From: Azolla caroliniana
Taxonomy: Eukaryota; Plantae; Polypodiophyta
Reading direction: 5' to 3'
Assembly: GCA_043228905.1 (NCBI GenBank)
Contig: JBHGNT010000016.1
Coordinates: 5,642,001-5,706,000, forward strand
DNA length: 64,000 nt
Shown here: positions 10,300-23,109 of the stretch, piece after piece
How positions within the stretch are numbered: the stretch's first letter is position 1
How the letters are laid out: every line of letters begins with the position of its first letter
The notes under the pieces: generated by a model
Database searches by the model: none
What the model was told of the DNA's origin: nothing
The model's input: the letters and a program-made list of their open reading frames with translations, nothing else
Translations under genes and position numbers: made by a program

Positions 10300-13200
10300 T
10301 TAGGAAATAACACTTTCTCCATTATTGTATTCTTTGCTTGTCCTGTCCTTTCTAGAGTATACGCTGCCAGTTATCTGAATATTAAGAATATCATCATCTG
10401 TCTCATCTTCACTCAATTGTGTTTCTATAGGAGGGAGACAACCATCCTGCAGAAATTTAAAGTCTTTAAGCTAGAGACATCAAAGAGAACAATTTGAAAG
10501 ACTTTTTGATGCAAATTTGCAATGCTTGCCTGACCTTAGATGTGAATGTTTCCATCCGTTTTTCGCACCATTTTTCTATAAATTTCTCAATGGTTACTTG
10601 GAAACCTTGTTTGGCTCTTGCTAATGATTTGCGCCTTTTCTGAGATTGCTCTGCCGTAACTTTGGCATGGCAAATCACACAAAGTGTCCTCAGATTACGC
10701 AGATTGCATTCACCTGCATTGATTTCATCACCTTCTAAGAACCTCTTTTCTTGAGAGCGAAACATAAATTGTGAAATAATAAACATGCATAAAAACCGAA
10801 ATTACCTCCTCCCTGGAAGACTGCAACGATATGATCAGCATGCCATGCATTTCCCTCCTTTGGATCAGACACCAACCTCTCCAGTCTGGAAATGGCAGTT
10901 GTATTAAAATATTTCCATTGAATCCTTTACATCTTCCTAAATATACACAATGACACTCAAAACATTACAAATGCTTACAAACGAGTATAAGTGTTGAACT
11001 CCGGAGCTTTTTGCAAGACGTATTCTCTCCGCTTTTCCCGAGGCAAAGGGCGAATCTTCTTTATCAAGGTGTGACAATCTAGCTTACAGATGGTGCAGAC
11101 TCCTTTTTCCAACACAAACAATTCCTACATAGTGGATGCCATTAGTTTTTGCTTTAAAATGCATTTTGTAGAGATGAAAAGTATTGTTGCAGATTCTACT
11201 GAAATAAGTTACAGTGCAGATTCCACACCTGCCGGAGATATGCTTGGCTGGTTTTTAGACGGTAATTTTGATAGCATTCCTTATCACAAAAGAAATCTTC
11301 GAAATATTCTGGTGCCTTTGAACACGTTAACCTGGACAAAGATAATGCTGAGACTAGATAAGATAATTAATACACATTAAACATCATACATGCCATCAAA
11401 TCAGTGCCTTATGGTATGGAGCCATCTATTGCTGGATATTTCTGGATATTGGTTTTTAGGATACATGATGTTGCAAGGCCCCTTGACGGAAGAACTTTAT
11501 GTCTTCAGATGGTCAAGAACCTTACACATGATGTTATGTTTTCTTGACAAGTATTACATACATTCATCACAAGTTGATGGTATCCTAAGAGTTAGTTTAC
11601 TTACAAACATGGATTAAAGCAGAGTTTACAAAGAGGTTCTTTGGTAGCACTCCAGGCTTGTTTTATTTGTCTTTCTTTTAAGGAATGCTGACGCAATGTC
11701 ACCTCTTTCCAAGTTGCACCCTCAGGAAGATTAGCATCTATTTCACTGACAGGTACAACGCGGCGTTTTGAACCTCCCTTCACTAAGCCCTGTATATACG
11801 TTTAGTTAGGAATCAGGATATTGTTCCTATAGTACAGAATGGCAGGGATTTTTCCAAAGCACCATAATCTATGTACTTATTTATTACTTACTCCCTTAAG
11901 ATAAGGACCTTCGGCCTTAATACACTCCAACTCTAGTGCCAGAGGTATTTGCAAAGGCCTTCCAAGCAAGCAATTCCTATCGACTGGCCGAAGAGCATTC
12001 CACTCTTGGGTGAACAATACTGATAAATTGAAGTTCTCCAAATTCTCCTTCAGACAGATCGGAAGGTTAATGCAGTGCTTTATGCTGGACAATCCTTTCG
12101 CAGTCTCTAGATGTTCAGGAAGGAAATTATCCTCCAATGGAGTAGGTCTGTATCCATCTGACATTGATCTTATATATAGATGGATTCTCCCTGTATTTGC
12201 ACTAACCTGGAAACAAGAAACAATTACAATTTTGTTATGCACTTTAACTAAAGATAATTTCCAATCTATTAAATCAAGATTTACCTCAAACATAAGAGGA
12301 TCAGGAGATATGCTAGATTTTGTGTCTTCTGGAACTAGTGTACTAGCCACTTTGTTTGCACAGGGTTCGAGTATTGCAGTATTATCACAGTGTTCATTGA
12401 TACTCTGTTCGTTTTCACAGTTTATCACAACCCTTGGTTCTAGCAATTTAAATGTTCCTGGTGAAATCAAACTTTCTGAGATGCCCATTATCCTTCCGTT
12501 CTCTTGGTTCAGCTTGTTCAAACCTATCTCTTCTTTGTGATTATCTCTTGATGGGCCATCCAAAACAGCATCAACCTGCATAATTGGTAACCATTCTGAA
12601 TCAAAGATACAAAAGACTAGCAAACTATTGATTTGTTTGGCGTCTCTCTCTGTTTCCGAATACACGCAGTTGCTGGAGAATACTAGGAACAAGAGTAAAA
12701 AAAGAATGTTTCTCAATCACAGATGTATAACTAGTCTACCTCAGACGAGATGGATACTTGGTTTCACCTTCTCTTTCTTTCACTTGAAAAATTGTAATAG
12801 AAACAACGGAAGTTTATGAATATATTTTATCAATGCAGGAAAGTTATTTTTGAGGGAGCTTGAGATTCGGAGAGAGTGAGAACCCACACTGGATATTTGT
12901 AACTGAATATACTAGTATTTAAAGCATAATGTAATAAACTAGAGTACTTAATAATGATCACGCACCTTGATTTCAGCGACGGCATTCTCTGAACCGTTGG
13001 TCATGGTAGAGATTCTCTCCATGCTTTTGCTTAAGCTTTGCCATTGCATCTCATCTGTTGTATCCTGGGTGATACTAACGGGATCTTTAAGGATTAAAGA
13101 ACCACAATATACAATATATATTACTTTTACTAGTATGTAATGAAAGGATTACCTTGGCACAAAAGAAGTAGATATTGACTGCATTCCTCTGGCCATATCT

Positions 13201-16200
13201 ATGAGCTCTGTCCTCTGCCTGAAATGATAGATGATTGAAGATTAAAATGAGAAAATTGTTCAAACAACAAAGTTCTGACATGGCATTCCAACATTTTAAG
13301 ATTTTGTTCATCTATGTTTTAGAATACTACACCAAATCTAAATGTTCATTTATGCAGTCCAGACACCTAAAATGGTCGGATTGATCATATAAAGTTATAA
13401 CCCTTTTCCAATGCCATAATAGGATTTCCTTCAATGCCTCATTTAATTGATAGTATCATGCCATTAGTTTGTCCTAGTATAATCTCATCTATATAAACGT
13501 ACAAGCATCTCTTAGGCCTTTGAGTAGAGTATTTCTATTCCATTTGTAAGTATCCTACTACCTTTGGATATCTGGCAGTCAATTTCTTCAATACTCGTAG
13601 TATTTGTATTTGGTGTGTCTGCCCATTACGTTAATGACAGCTAACATAGGTAGTATCATGAACAAGTTTTGTGCAAAGGTTCAAAATTATAACCAGAATT
13701 TAGCATTGCGGGACAACAAATCCTGAGCCACTATTCACATGGAAACTGTCTTCATCTTACTCAGGCTTAACATATTCATGAGGAAACTGTCTTCATCATC
13801 CACAAATGAAGCCCTATTGTGGCCAACTGTCTACTTTACGTAAATCTGACATGTGCCATGAAGTCTAGGCCACAGATATTTAGAAACCTCAAAATTCTAT
13901 TTAGTTTGTATCGTGGTACTATGATCTCCACCTGGACGAAGATAGAATACAGATACAATATAATATTACACCAATGCTTTGGCATGTGACTCAGCATTTG
14001 CGAAATAACAATGAGCAGATGCACAGAAGGATCGTAAATAGTTATGAAATTTCGTATAGCTCTTATCTCACAATATTACGAATTTGGATTGAAACAGCAA
14101 TCACTCATTATCACCTGTAGTAGGTCAGATGTTGATTTTGGAAGCTCTGCAAAGACCACAGATTGGGCAGATGAGAAATTAAGTCCTACACCCCCAGCAG
14201 TTAATCCTATGATCGCAATCCTCACCTGCAAAATATATACTTAAGATGAGAACTCTGAAGCAATGAAATATAAATTGCACAGAAAACTTTACACATGTTA
14301 GATATGATAGTGAAATAATAAGTGCAACCAAAAGGAATACCTCGTCTTTGGCTTGAAAAGCATCCACAGCCTTTTGTCGATCACTTGCAATAGTAGATCC
14401 ATCAATTCGCACATACTCTAGACCCTTACCATGCACCATTTCCTTTTCCCCAAACCAGGAAGACAATGATTAGGACATGGGTAACCATTTACGATGAATA
14501 AAAACATAAAGAAGGTAAGCAAAAAAAACTAAAGAAATTTGCTTACTTGAATGGAATCCAACACCTTGATATGATGAGCAAAAATGATCATTTTTGGCAC
14601 GTCTTGTCCCAAAAGCCTATTGTCGGGGTTAGATAGCAGGGGATGATTTGATAGCCATTCTCGCACACCTCTTAACTTGGCAAGGCCAATCTCTTGATAC
14701 GATAAGGTTAAAGGTGCACGATAACTTTTAGATTCCCCTGAATGAACACAAAGAGGGAATTACAAACATGTAAAATCCTGGTTAGTTTTTTACGCTAAAA
14801 GCTGGTTTTTCAAAACTAGGCTCCTAAATCTCAGGAAATTAGATTTGAACTATTCAATAGAGGGGCTATCTAGCTGATGTAAGCCACTTGATGAGCAACA
14901 TTTTTTCACCAGTAGCAACGTTTTAGGTGAGTTTCTACATCATGATGTAAAAGTTGGAGTAGGTTTCTTGCTATGTTGCTAATCCATCTTAGTTATGTAC
15001 ATTATCTGCAAATTCTTACTCACACACAACTAGCAAAAAACGTTCAATTCTGTTTCTAAAGATCAATCCCTCGACGACATGAACTGGAGTCACTTTAAGC
15101 ATGTCTATAATATGTTTGTTCCTTCTTAAACATCTTCTGAAGTTCTGCATTGCATTCAAATTTCATTAGGCTTCAAGGTAGCTGCAAAACCTTCTGATAT
15201 TCTGTCTAATTCTTGGTGATCATAGATGTTATCGTTCAGATCACCATCACAATATCTAACTTCAAATTCTAATATAATCACACACTACAAATAGCCTAAT
15301 GCATACAAGCATGCAACATACTTTTTATAGAGCAAGGAGAGGCCGTTACATCAGTCATAAAGCCATCCGCTTTTGGACAGAGATTTCCCCTCGAATCCCT
15401 CCATCAGTTATTATTATTATTCTCTATTCGTGTGGCCTTGAAGTCCCTATCGAATCACTCCTACCTAGTATTTGTCAACACTTAACTAACACTAACTTAA
15501 TTACACGTGATTGTACAAATGACATATTTTGGGTGCATCAATGCACCTCCCCGTTCACGCACATCTGGCCCCCTTTTCTCCTTGTAGCCGGAATTTCCCA
15601 TGACAACGTATCACTATGCTAATTTACAAAAATACTTAAGAGCCATTTAATCCTCGACTTTTCTTTTAAAAACATAAATGTACCATACCCTGATCATCCA
15701 TGCTATTAGTTGTACTACCATTCACATCATCACCGATATCTTCGCCATCACAATCACAACATCCTTTGAAAGAAAAACCACAACCACATGGCTGTAGTTC
15801 ACCTTCTTCTGAATCACGCTTTACAATGTGTGATTTTGCTTCCATTATATCAGCTGCCTCCAATGTCAATCTGATAACTTGTCTTCTCTTAGGAGGAAGT
15901 TGTGTGAGCACATCATCTTTCAATCTTCTTATCTGATATAAAAGAATGAAATCAATTAACTTTTAAAAAAGACCAGTCTACATGTTATTCATTAAAACAA
16001 ATTCCTCAAAAGAGCTATCATAGTATGTGCTTGCCGACATACTTGCAACCTGATACCATTTCTGTGGGCCTCTTGTTAATTTGATATGAAGATTGACACA
16101 AAATTTTGATACATTTGCTATAAAACTTGGATGGTATTTACTGGTTACAGGCTCTAGATAGCAGTCTACAACCTAATTAAGACCAATTATCTATAGCTTG

Positions 16201-19200
16201 GGATTGGAAAAATAAATGTTGAGGACAAAGTACCATGACTGTCTCTTTAAGCAATATGTTCAATTCATGTAAACGCTTTCCTTTAGAAAAGTCCTGCAAA
16301 CAATGAAAAAAAAAGTAGTTGTAATTTAGATTGCTCCTATAAAATAAAGTTCATGACATGGAGCTCATTCTGTAGAGATTAAGAAGTGCTATAAATCACA
16401 ATACATAACCAACAACGAATAATTGGCACAAAATCCCAAAATTTAAAAGTTTCTTGGCCCAACTTCTAATAGTGAAACAAAGTAACAAAAAACTTCATGC
16501 GCTACCATCTTTCATTGTTCAAGAGTGTATTCATTAAGAAATATAATTCCTCTCCAACATCCATATTTAACATACCATTAACTTCTAAATCCGAACCGGC
16601 TTTGCCCCAGTTACTTTCCTTAACATTCACCATGACAAAGATCAAACAATCCTACATGGCATTGCCTTGTTTGTCATATTCCAGCAACAATTTCCTCAGC
16701 GATAAATCCTATCACCTTTCCACGGCGCACATTTATCTCCACCAAACATTTTCTACATCTAATACTTAACTAATTCTTCCGCCTACCCTTTGTTGTTATA
16801 AAAAGGTGCACTTGAGCCTTGTACACATGGACATTTCAGGATACCAAAGGGAAATTTGTCACAGTATGTGAGTTTATACGCTGCTTGAGTTTATGGCAAT
16901 TGTAATATTTTGTACTTGAAGTGTGATCTTGAATATGATCTTCGTAAGACATATATGAATGAGAAAGAAAAAAGAAAGAAAGATATATTAACGTCTTTTA
17001 AGAGGCCAAAATGGCCTATAAGACCAAATAAGAGATTACATCTTAAGTGTTGTCTCATCTTTGAGAACAAATCAAAAGAAAATAAATATTACACAGTAAA
17101 TATAAAAGTAAATAACATGAAAAGAAAAGAAATGAGGGAATCTGGTTTTTGGCACATGTGAGATCCTCAAGTTAGGTATATTGTAGCTTTTGTCTTCGAA
17201 AGATCTCTAGCATAGGTCGATCCAGAATGGAAATGTCTCCGAAGCGAGGGAAGCACCTACGATGGCGGGAGATAATGGCTTTTATCTGTCGATGACAAGG
17301 GTGTCAAGGTCGTGGTCCATGGGGCCGAGGCCTACGTGAACGGCAAATTGTCATTGCCTGATCAATTGTAACCCCTTTGTTATGTCCTGGTCTGAAGCCC
17401 ATTTGTGTATCCCGGGGTTGACTTCTAGCATTAGGAGTGATGGGGCTAAAGAAAGTTGTGATTGTTCTTTGTGGATGAACTTGTATGGTTGTATTCTTCA
17501 ATAACTTTTCCCGATGTCTCTTGAGCTCTAGCCAGAAAAGTCCTAGGCATCGTTGGTCCTCATATTCCATTACCTTGCGTAGTGGGCCAAAGCCTTGTTT
17601 AAAGAGGCAATGGTATCTCCCTCTGATTTCATAAAAGACACTACAATGACAAACATAGTGTTCTTCAGATTCCACTCCTTGATGACACAATTGGCAAATT
17701 CTCTCTTCTAGAGGTAGTCGTGTATATCTGCCTACCTCTATCTGAAGCCAATGTGATGAAGTTTGCAGCTGCCCTATCACACTACGCAGCGCATAGGATA
17801 GATGTATGTCCATATAAAGTGGTCTGATGACAAATCCATCCTCCGATGTATGTAAGAAGTGTGTCTTATAGTGGGCCATCTTTGTACCAAGTGGTATTTT
17901 GGGGCTGATCCATGTTATCTTGTTTTCCATGTTAATAATATCAGTTCGGATCACTCTATTCTTTTCCACTTTGGTCATATTTAGATGGGGACAGTCCAAG
18001 CTATATCGGAACGGTGGTAGGGCATTTATACTCATGTCATGTGACTCGAACCATTGCTGCATTTCAGCATACCAACAATGAGTGTCTCCATTTTCAGCCA
18101 AGTGTTTTGATGACATAAGTGCCAACCTTGGGTACCTTCATTTAGGGAGCGAGAGAAATGGTGAGTTAGTGTTTACTCATTTTGGTCTCAGCATTAGTGT
18201 TGAGTCTCTTCATTAGATTTAATCCTCTTGCACTGGTTCTTAATCCCTCTTATTTTTACCACAATGATATTTCCTCTTGCTTATACCATTCTTGTTCCTC
18301 TTGCTTGAGAAAATCAGTGAATTAGTGTTTACTCATTTTGGTCTCAGCATTATAGGTAAATCTCTCCATTAGATTTAATTCCTATTATTTTTAGCGACAT
18401 GATTTTCCTCTTGTTTCTACCACTATGATCTTAATACAAAGTATATGAAGCAGAAAATTGGCGAGTAAATGAGCTAGTGTTTACTCTCTTAACTAAGATC
18501 TTCCTTCTTTTAGCCTCAGCATTAGTGTTGAAGTCTCTTCATTAGATATAATCCTCTTTAATTAGTGCTTAATCCCTTAATCATCCATATTTCCATGCAT
18601 TAAACATTCACGCTTGGCATTTCTATTATTATACTTCCCACTTACTTATGTACACATTTCAATGTTCACCCACTACCACAAATCAAAGAAATAAACTTGC
18701 CAATATTAAAGATCATGTACTTCATCGTGAAACTACACCTTTCGTCTTTTCTCCCAACATAGTTTCAGACAGCAAGAATGAAATGTTTTGTGTGAATGTC
18801 AGATAGCATGTAAAACTAATTCATAGATAATTCAGATTCGTTGTCAAATCAAATATGATTCACAGTAATTTTCCTGATCAAAATAGTTTCAATCTAAAAG
18901 AAAAAAGAGGTTTAGCAACAAAAGATATGTGATCATCAGTTATTACTTAATATAGATGTTAAATAACAGATAAAATGACTGACTAGACCTTTGAGATGTA
19001 TACGGTTGACATTATTTCTTCATAATTATCAATACACACATTTACCTTAGTCCAAATAGGCTGACTTTCTGGTGATGATTGTGTAAAACAATAATTTTGA
19101 GCAAAGTCATACTTGCTTCTTCCAAGTAAACAAGGACTACATGAAGCAACAACTTTTAGAATCAGTGTCTACATCCCCTCAAAAGGTACACACACAGTAA

Positions 19201-22200
19201 TTCGAAATGTTACCTTAGCATATTGACTTGGTGGAAAATATCATAAGGCCTGCAAGTGTAAATAAATGTGTATCAGCTATGTTTTATCTTTCAATCATAC
19301 TGAACCATTTCTTTCTAGTGAATTATAAACACATACCTAGACAACGATGGAGTGCCTGAGAGTAGCACAATGCGCCTTATGTTTTGAGCGATATCCAAAA
19401 TTGTTGTCGTCTACATGTCAAATTTCCCAGGTTAAACTATAACTAGATAGTAAAGCTAAACTTGTTTTCCTTATCATCCACTATCAAATAGAATTTTCTT
19501 CACTATGATTGTATTCATGTACTGAGATTATTGTGTCTTTTTTACTATAGAATCCATTGTCTCTTATGATGCAACTATTTATCATAGTACTTTGGAGGGT
19601 AAATTTTTTAATGCCATTGATATTCCCTCTTTGTAAGTGATTGAATTAGTAAATTGTATACCATAAGAAACACGCCGAACATTCTATTAGTAAAGGAGGT
19701 GTTCTCTCTAGAAATGAAGTGTGTAAGGATATACATGCATGTACGGTATGTAAATACATTTATTATATCCATGTATACAAACTTCAAAGTGTATAGGAGA
19801 AACTCGAGCAGAGGATAAGTGGCAGCACTATTACTTGTAAAAAATGAGTGGCTCTTCTGTAAATAGGTCACAGAAATGGCTATTTTAAGCCTACAAATGC
19901 GAATGCTTGTCTTTTAGAAAATTACGAACCTCCACCTCAATCCAAGAAAATCTGTTTATGGCATCTCATTTCATCAAAAGTTTCCTATTATTGTTTCCAA
20001 GTTCCTCTTCCATCTAACAATTGATAAACTTCCAAGTTCTTACTCTGAAAATGACAATGTGAAATTTGATTTTGAGCTACATATGTTCCAATGATCCTAG
20101 GACAATCTAAAAATAAAGTAGTCTTGAAAAAGTGGCATCAGTATAATTGAGCAATTTAGGAAACCCATAGTACCATACTAGAACAGAATTTGAAACTCGA
20201 TTCCTTCAAACTAATTGAAAGTAATTCTCAACATAAAGACTCTACACACGCCACATCTATACTTGAATTAAAAATAGAAATATTTTGTGTGAAATTGGAG
20301 AATATAAATGAATAAACTATTTAACACAGATAAATACCTCCTCACATTCAACTTTGTTTCTTGTACATCGTAAATTGTGTGACTCGTCTACTATCAGCAT
20401 TGCCCACTTACGCTTCATCATGTTTTTTTTCAATCTTTTCAGCATTGTGTAGGATATAACCACAACTTTAGGAGTCTTCACATTATCAGCCAGATTGTTT
20501 TTGTGGCCAAACACTACAACGCCAAACATTTAAGAGATAAATTCCAATATGAATGTAGAAATATAACTGCTCAATTTATGTTTTGCTAAAATCATTACCA
20601 AGATGGATGTCAATAGGCAACCAAAATGGAAGCCACCTCTCAAGCTCCTCAGCCCACATCAATCGTAGGCTAGCTGGGCACGTGATAAGTATAGAGCCTT
20701 CTTTTGCATAGCATGCAGCTAATGCTATTGCCTAAAGTGGACAAGATAATATTAGCTACCAATTATCGAACCCATACAAGATGTAATTGCTTGCTTAATA
20801 TTTCCCACAGGAAATGAATGGTTTATATTAGAAAGCAATTCTCTATAAGAAAGTATTCAGCAAGAAGAAATAGTTGGAATAATAAATGTGGCTCATTGCA
20901 CCATTTTATTCCATAGCAGGGACAGGGTAAAAAGTTATTGCTTTCCTAGATAACAATCTGTGTTTCTAGTTGTACAGATATAATTTCTTCTTCTAATTAT
21001 TTCTTATGAGGATGATACACCTTGTTGTACATGTGTACATTCGTCTCATTCACATGTGTGTGGAGACAATTAACTAGTAATGCAAATTAATGAAATCTTA
21101 TAAAATGATATTCTGGAATGTAAACTTCAAACCTGAATTGTTTTTCCAACACCCATTTCATCAGCTATGAGGCATCGTCCACCCCTTCTCAACCCATATT
21201 TTACACCTTCCACCTGGAATGGCAGCAATATTGACCTCAATTTGGAAGGTATCTGTTGCATCAGCTCGTCCACAACTGTGTCTGATACATGGATTGGCAT
21301 GAAAGGGATCCATTGTTGATGAGAGTAATTTACTCGTGTCATTTTTTGCATGATCGACAGGGTACTTTGTGGCAATTGATTCAAAACAACACCAGGTATG
21401 TCCTTTACAATGTTAAGTACAGAATTGTAATCTTTTATATGATATGTGGCACAGTTCTCCGTGCTCTCTTCAGCTATGGGACTTAGCTGTTGATACAAAT
21501 GCCTTCTGTGAGTACAAAAACTTAGCTTGGAAAGTATGTCATATGGGAAAACAAGGTATGGACTAAATTCCTTCATATATTGTGAAAACATAACTTGGAA
21601 TGTATGGTGTAAGAGAAGACAATGTATTCCATATTGAGAAAAAAAACAATATGAAAGGAAGGAAAAACTACCATTTGCAAAGTATGCAGTTTGCAAAAAA
21701 CAAGAAATTGGTAGTTTTCCTGACTTCTTGAGAAAAATATAAATGTTCAAAGGAGTGATTTGGAAAGTATACAGTACTGGGAAACAAACAATTTGGGTAG
21801 ATTTCCCTGCTTATTGAGAAAATTTTCAATGCCAAGAGTAACAATTTTCTAAAGAATGAGAAACCATAACTTAGAAAGTATGTTGTATGTGAAAACGAGA
21901 AATTTTCCAATGAATTGAGAAAATTAACAATGTCAAAAGGAATGAGCAAATTATCAATGCTAAAGTATCGGACAAACATATCTTGGAATGCATGTAGTAC
22001 GAGACAACAAAATGACTAAAAAAATTATTCTCAAAATTATGTATATGAGAAAACTGGACATTAGTTAGGTGAAAAAGAGTAAGAAAATATGGCGTACTTT
22101 GGAAAGATCTGATCCAAGAAAACGTATTTTGTCAGATTTTCTCACTCACCAAGTTGAAAAGCCAACCGAAGAAATCTTTCGAAGCAACCAAGTCTTGAAT

Positions 22201-22671
22201 CTGAACAATGACCCGATCCCAAGCTGAAAGCTCAATAGATATTTCGATCTTTTTCGGTGCAATTTTCACACATTTAGATATAATTGGACCTGAAACAATA
22301 TTCCGAACAGCTTCTTGTTCGCCAACGAAGGAATCATTCAATCTTGTTTGAATCTTTTTATACGAAGGATATCTCTTCCCTGCTTCTGTTATGTAATCTT
22401 TATGCGATAAAGGCATATTAGCGGGAAATAAAGGATGGGAATTTTCTATATTACTCCGTTTCACATTACTTTCTTCAAGAAACCGTTTGTGGGCGATTTT
22501 TATATGAGGTTGTTGCCCCATATAGGAAGGTTTCTGTGGAATATCCGTTGACAGATGATTTTCAGAGATCTTATTTATGGCTGAATTCTGTAAATTCGTT
22601 TTAGTGTTGAGACGAGCAAGAGCTGCTGCTTTGTTTTCTTCCATTCTCTTGCGCTGAGCTTCAGAAATCAT
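10300..22671 (-). CDS. ZRANB3: SNF2-family DNA annealing helicase with C-terminal HNH endonuclease (ZRANB3-like; 22 exons, ~1234 aa)
   Basis: Exons (-): 22671-22150, 21486-21133, 20731-20599, 20513-20338, 19410-19337, 19249-19214, 19136-19046, 16293-16234, 15932-15689, 14737-14547, 14442-14341, 14225-14115, 13218-13153, 13064-12966, 12575-12285, 12206-11892, 11789-11605, 11331-11229, 11124-10979, 10885-10806, 10713-10535, 10446-10300; all GT-AG, phases consistent. Motifs: LLPFQVEGV, Walker A ADEMGVGKT, DESH, LLSGTP, MIIFAHH, RIDGST, AGGVGL, QAEDRAHRYGQ; HNH WHADHIVAVFQGGGECNLRNLRTLCVICHAKVT. Confidence 0.93.
16790..18130 (-). mobile_element. 5'-truncated RTE/RTE-X-like LINE (ORF2 C-terminus and 3' UTR) in helicase intron 7
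   Basis: ORF 17304-18125 contains QLQTSSHWLQIEVGRYTRLPLEERICQLCHQGVESEEHYVCHCSVFYEIR, the C-terminal CCHC-type domain of non-LTR RTs. The minus strand ends in ...tttttataacaaca, a short (ACA)n-like tail. No clear TSD; clade assignment is inferred. Confidence 0.75.
18150..18580. repeat. Three diverged ~155-bp direct repeats
   Basis: tagtgtttactc....ctcagcatta...tctct.cattagat.taat occurs at ~18165, ~18322 and ~18475. Confidence 0.75.
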
Positions 22672-22695
22672 CGCGCTTTTTGAATGAAGAGTGAA

Positions 22696-22704
22696 AAACC
22701 CTAA
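22696..22704. promoter_or_regulatory. Telo-box (AAACCCTAA) 25-33 nt upstream of the helicase ATG
   Basis: Exact AAACCCTAA. Telo-boxes are established near the 5' ends of plant replication and translation genes; function here is untested. Confidence 0.4.
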
Positions 22705-23109
22705 TTTCCCGAAATGGGTTGGATTTAACCTTAAGAGCTGAATTGGTTTGGATTAACCCTGATAGTTTTAATGGATTTGAGTAACCCTACTTTTCTAAAA
22801 CTGGACTGGATTAGCCTTAAGCCCTGGGGTGGGTTTAGATTAACCATAAATTCTGACCCGTTAGAATGCACCCTAATTTTTGAGAGATGGATTGGATTAA
22901 GCAGGTTCTGCAATCCTCGGGGAGAACTTGGGATTGAGCGAGTCGATAGAGAAGAGATATATGACCGTTGAGGCGAAAGCGTCTCAGAAGAAAAGAAAGG
23001 AAAAAAGATAATAAAAAAAAGAGAAGAAATTGTTTCTTTCTTTTAATGGATCCCCGATTGGCAATCATATAAGCTCCAAAGTCCAAACCATAACTCTCCA
23101 AATCAAATG

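Noticed and set aside
12010-12540. 176-aa plus-strand ORF
   Set aside because: Antisense shadow of helicase exons.
16050-16060. PBS-like CTGATACCA in a helicase intron
   Set aside because: No adjacent LTR end or gag; expected by chance.
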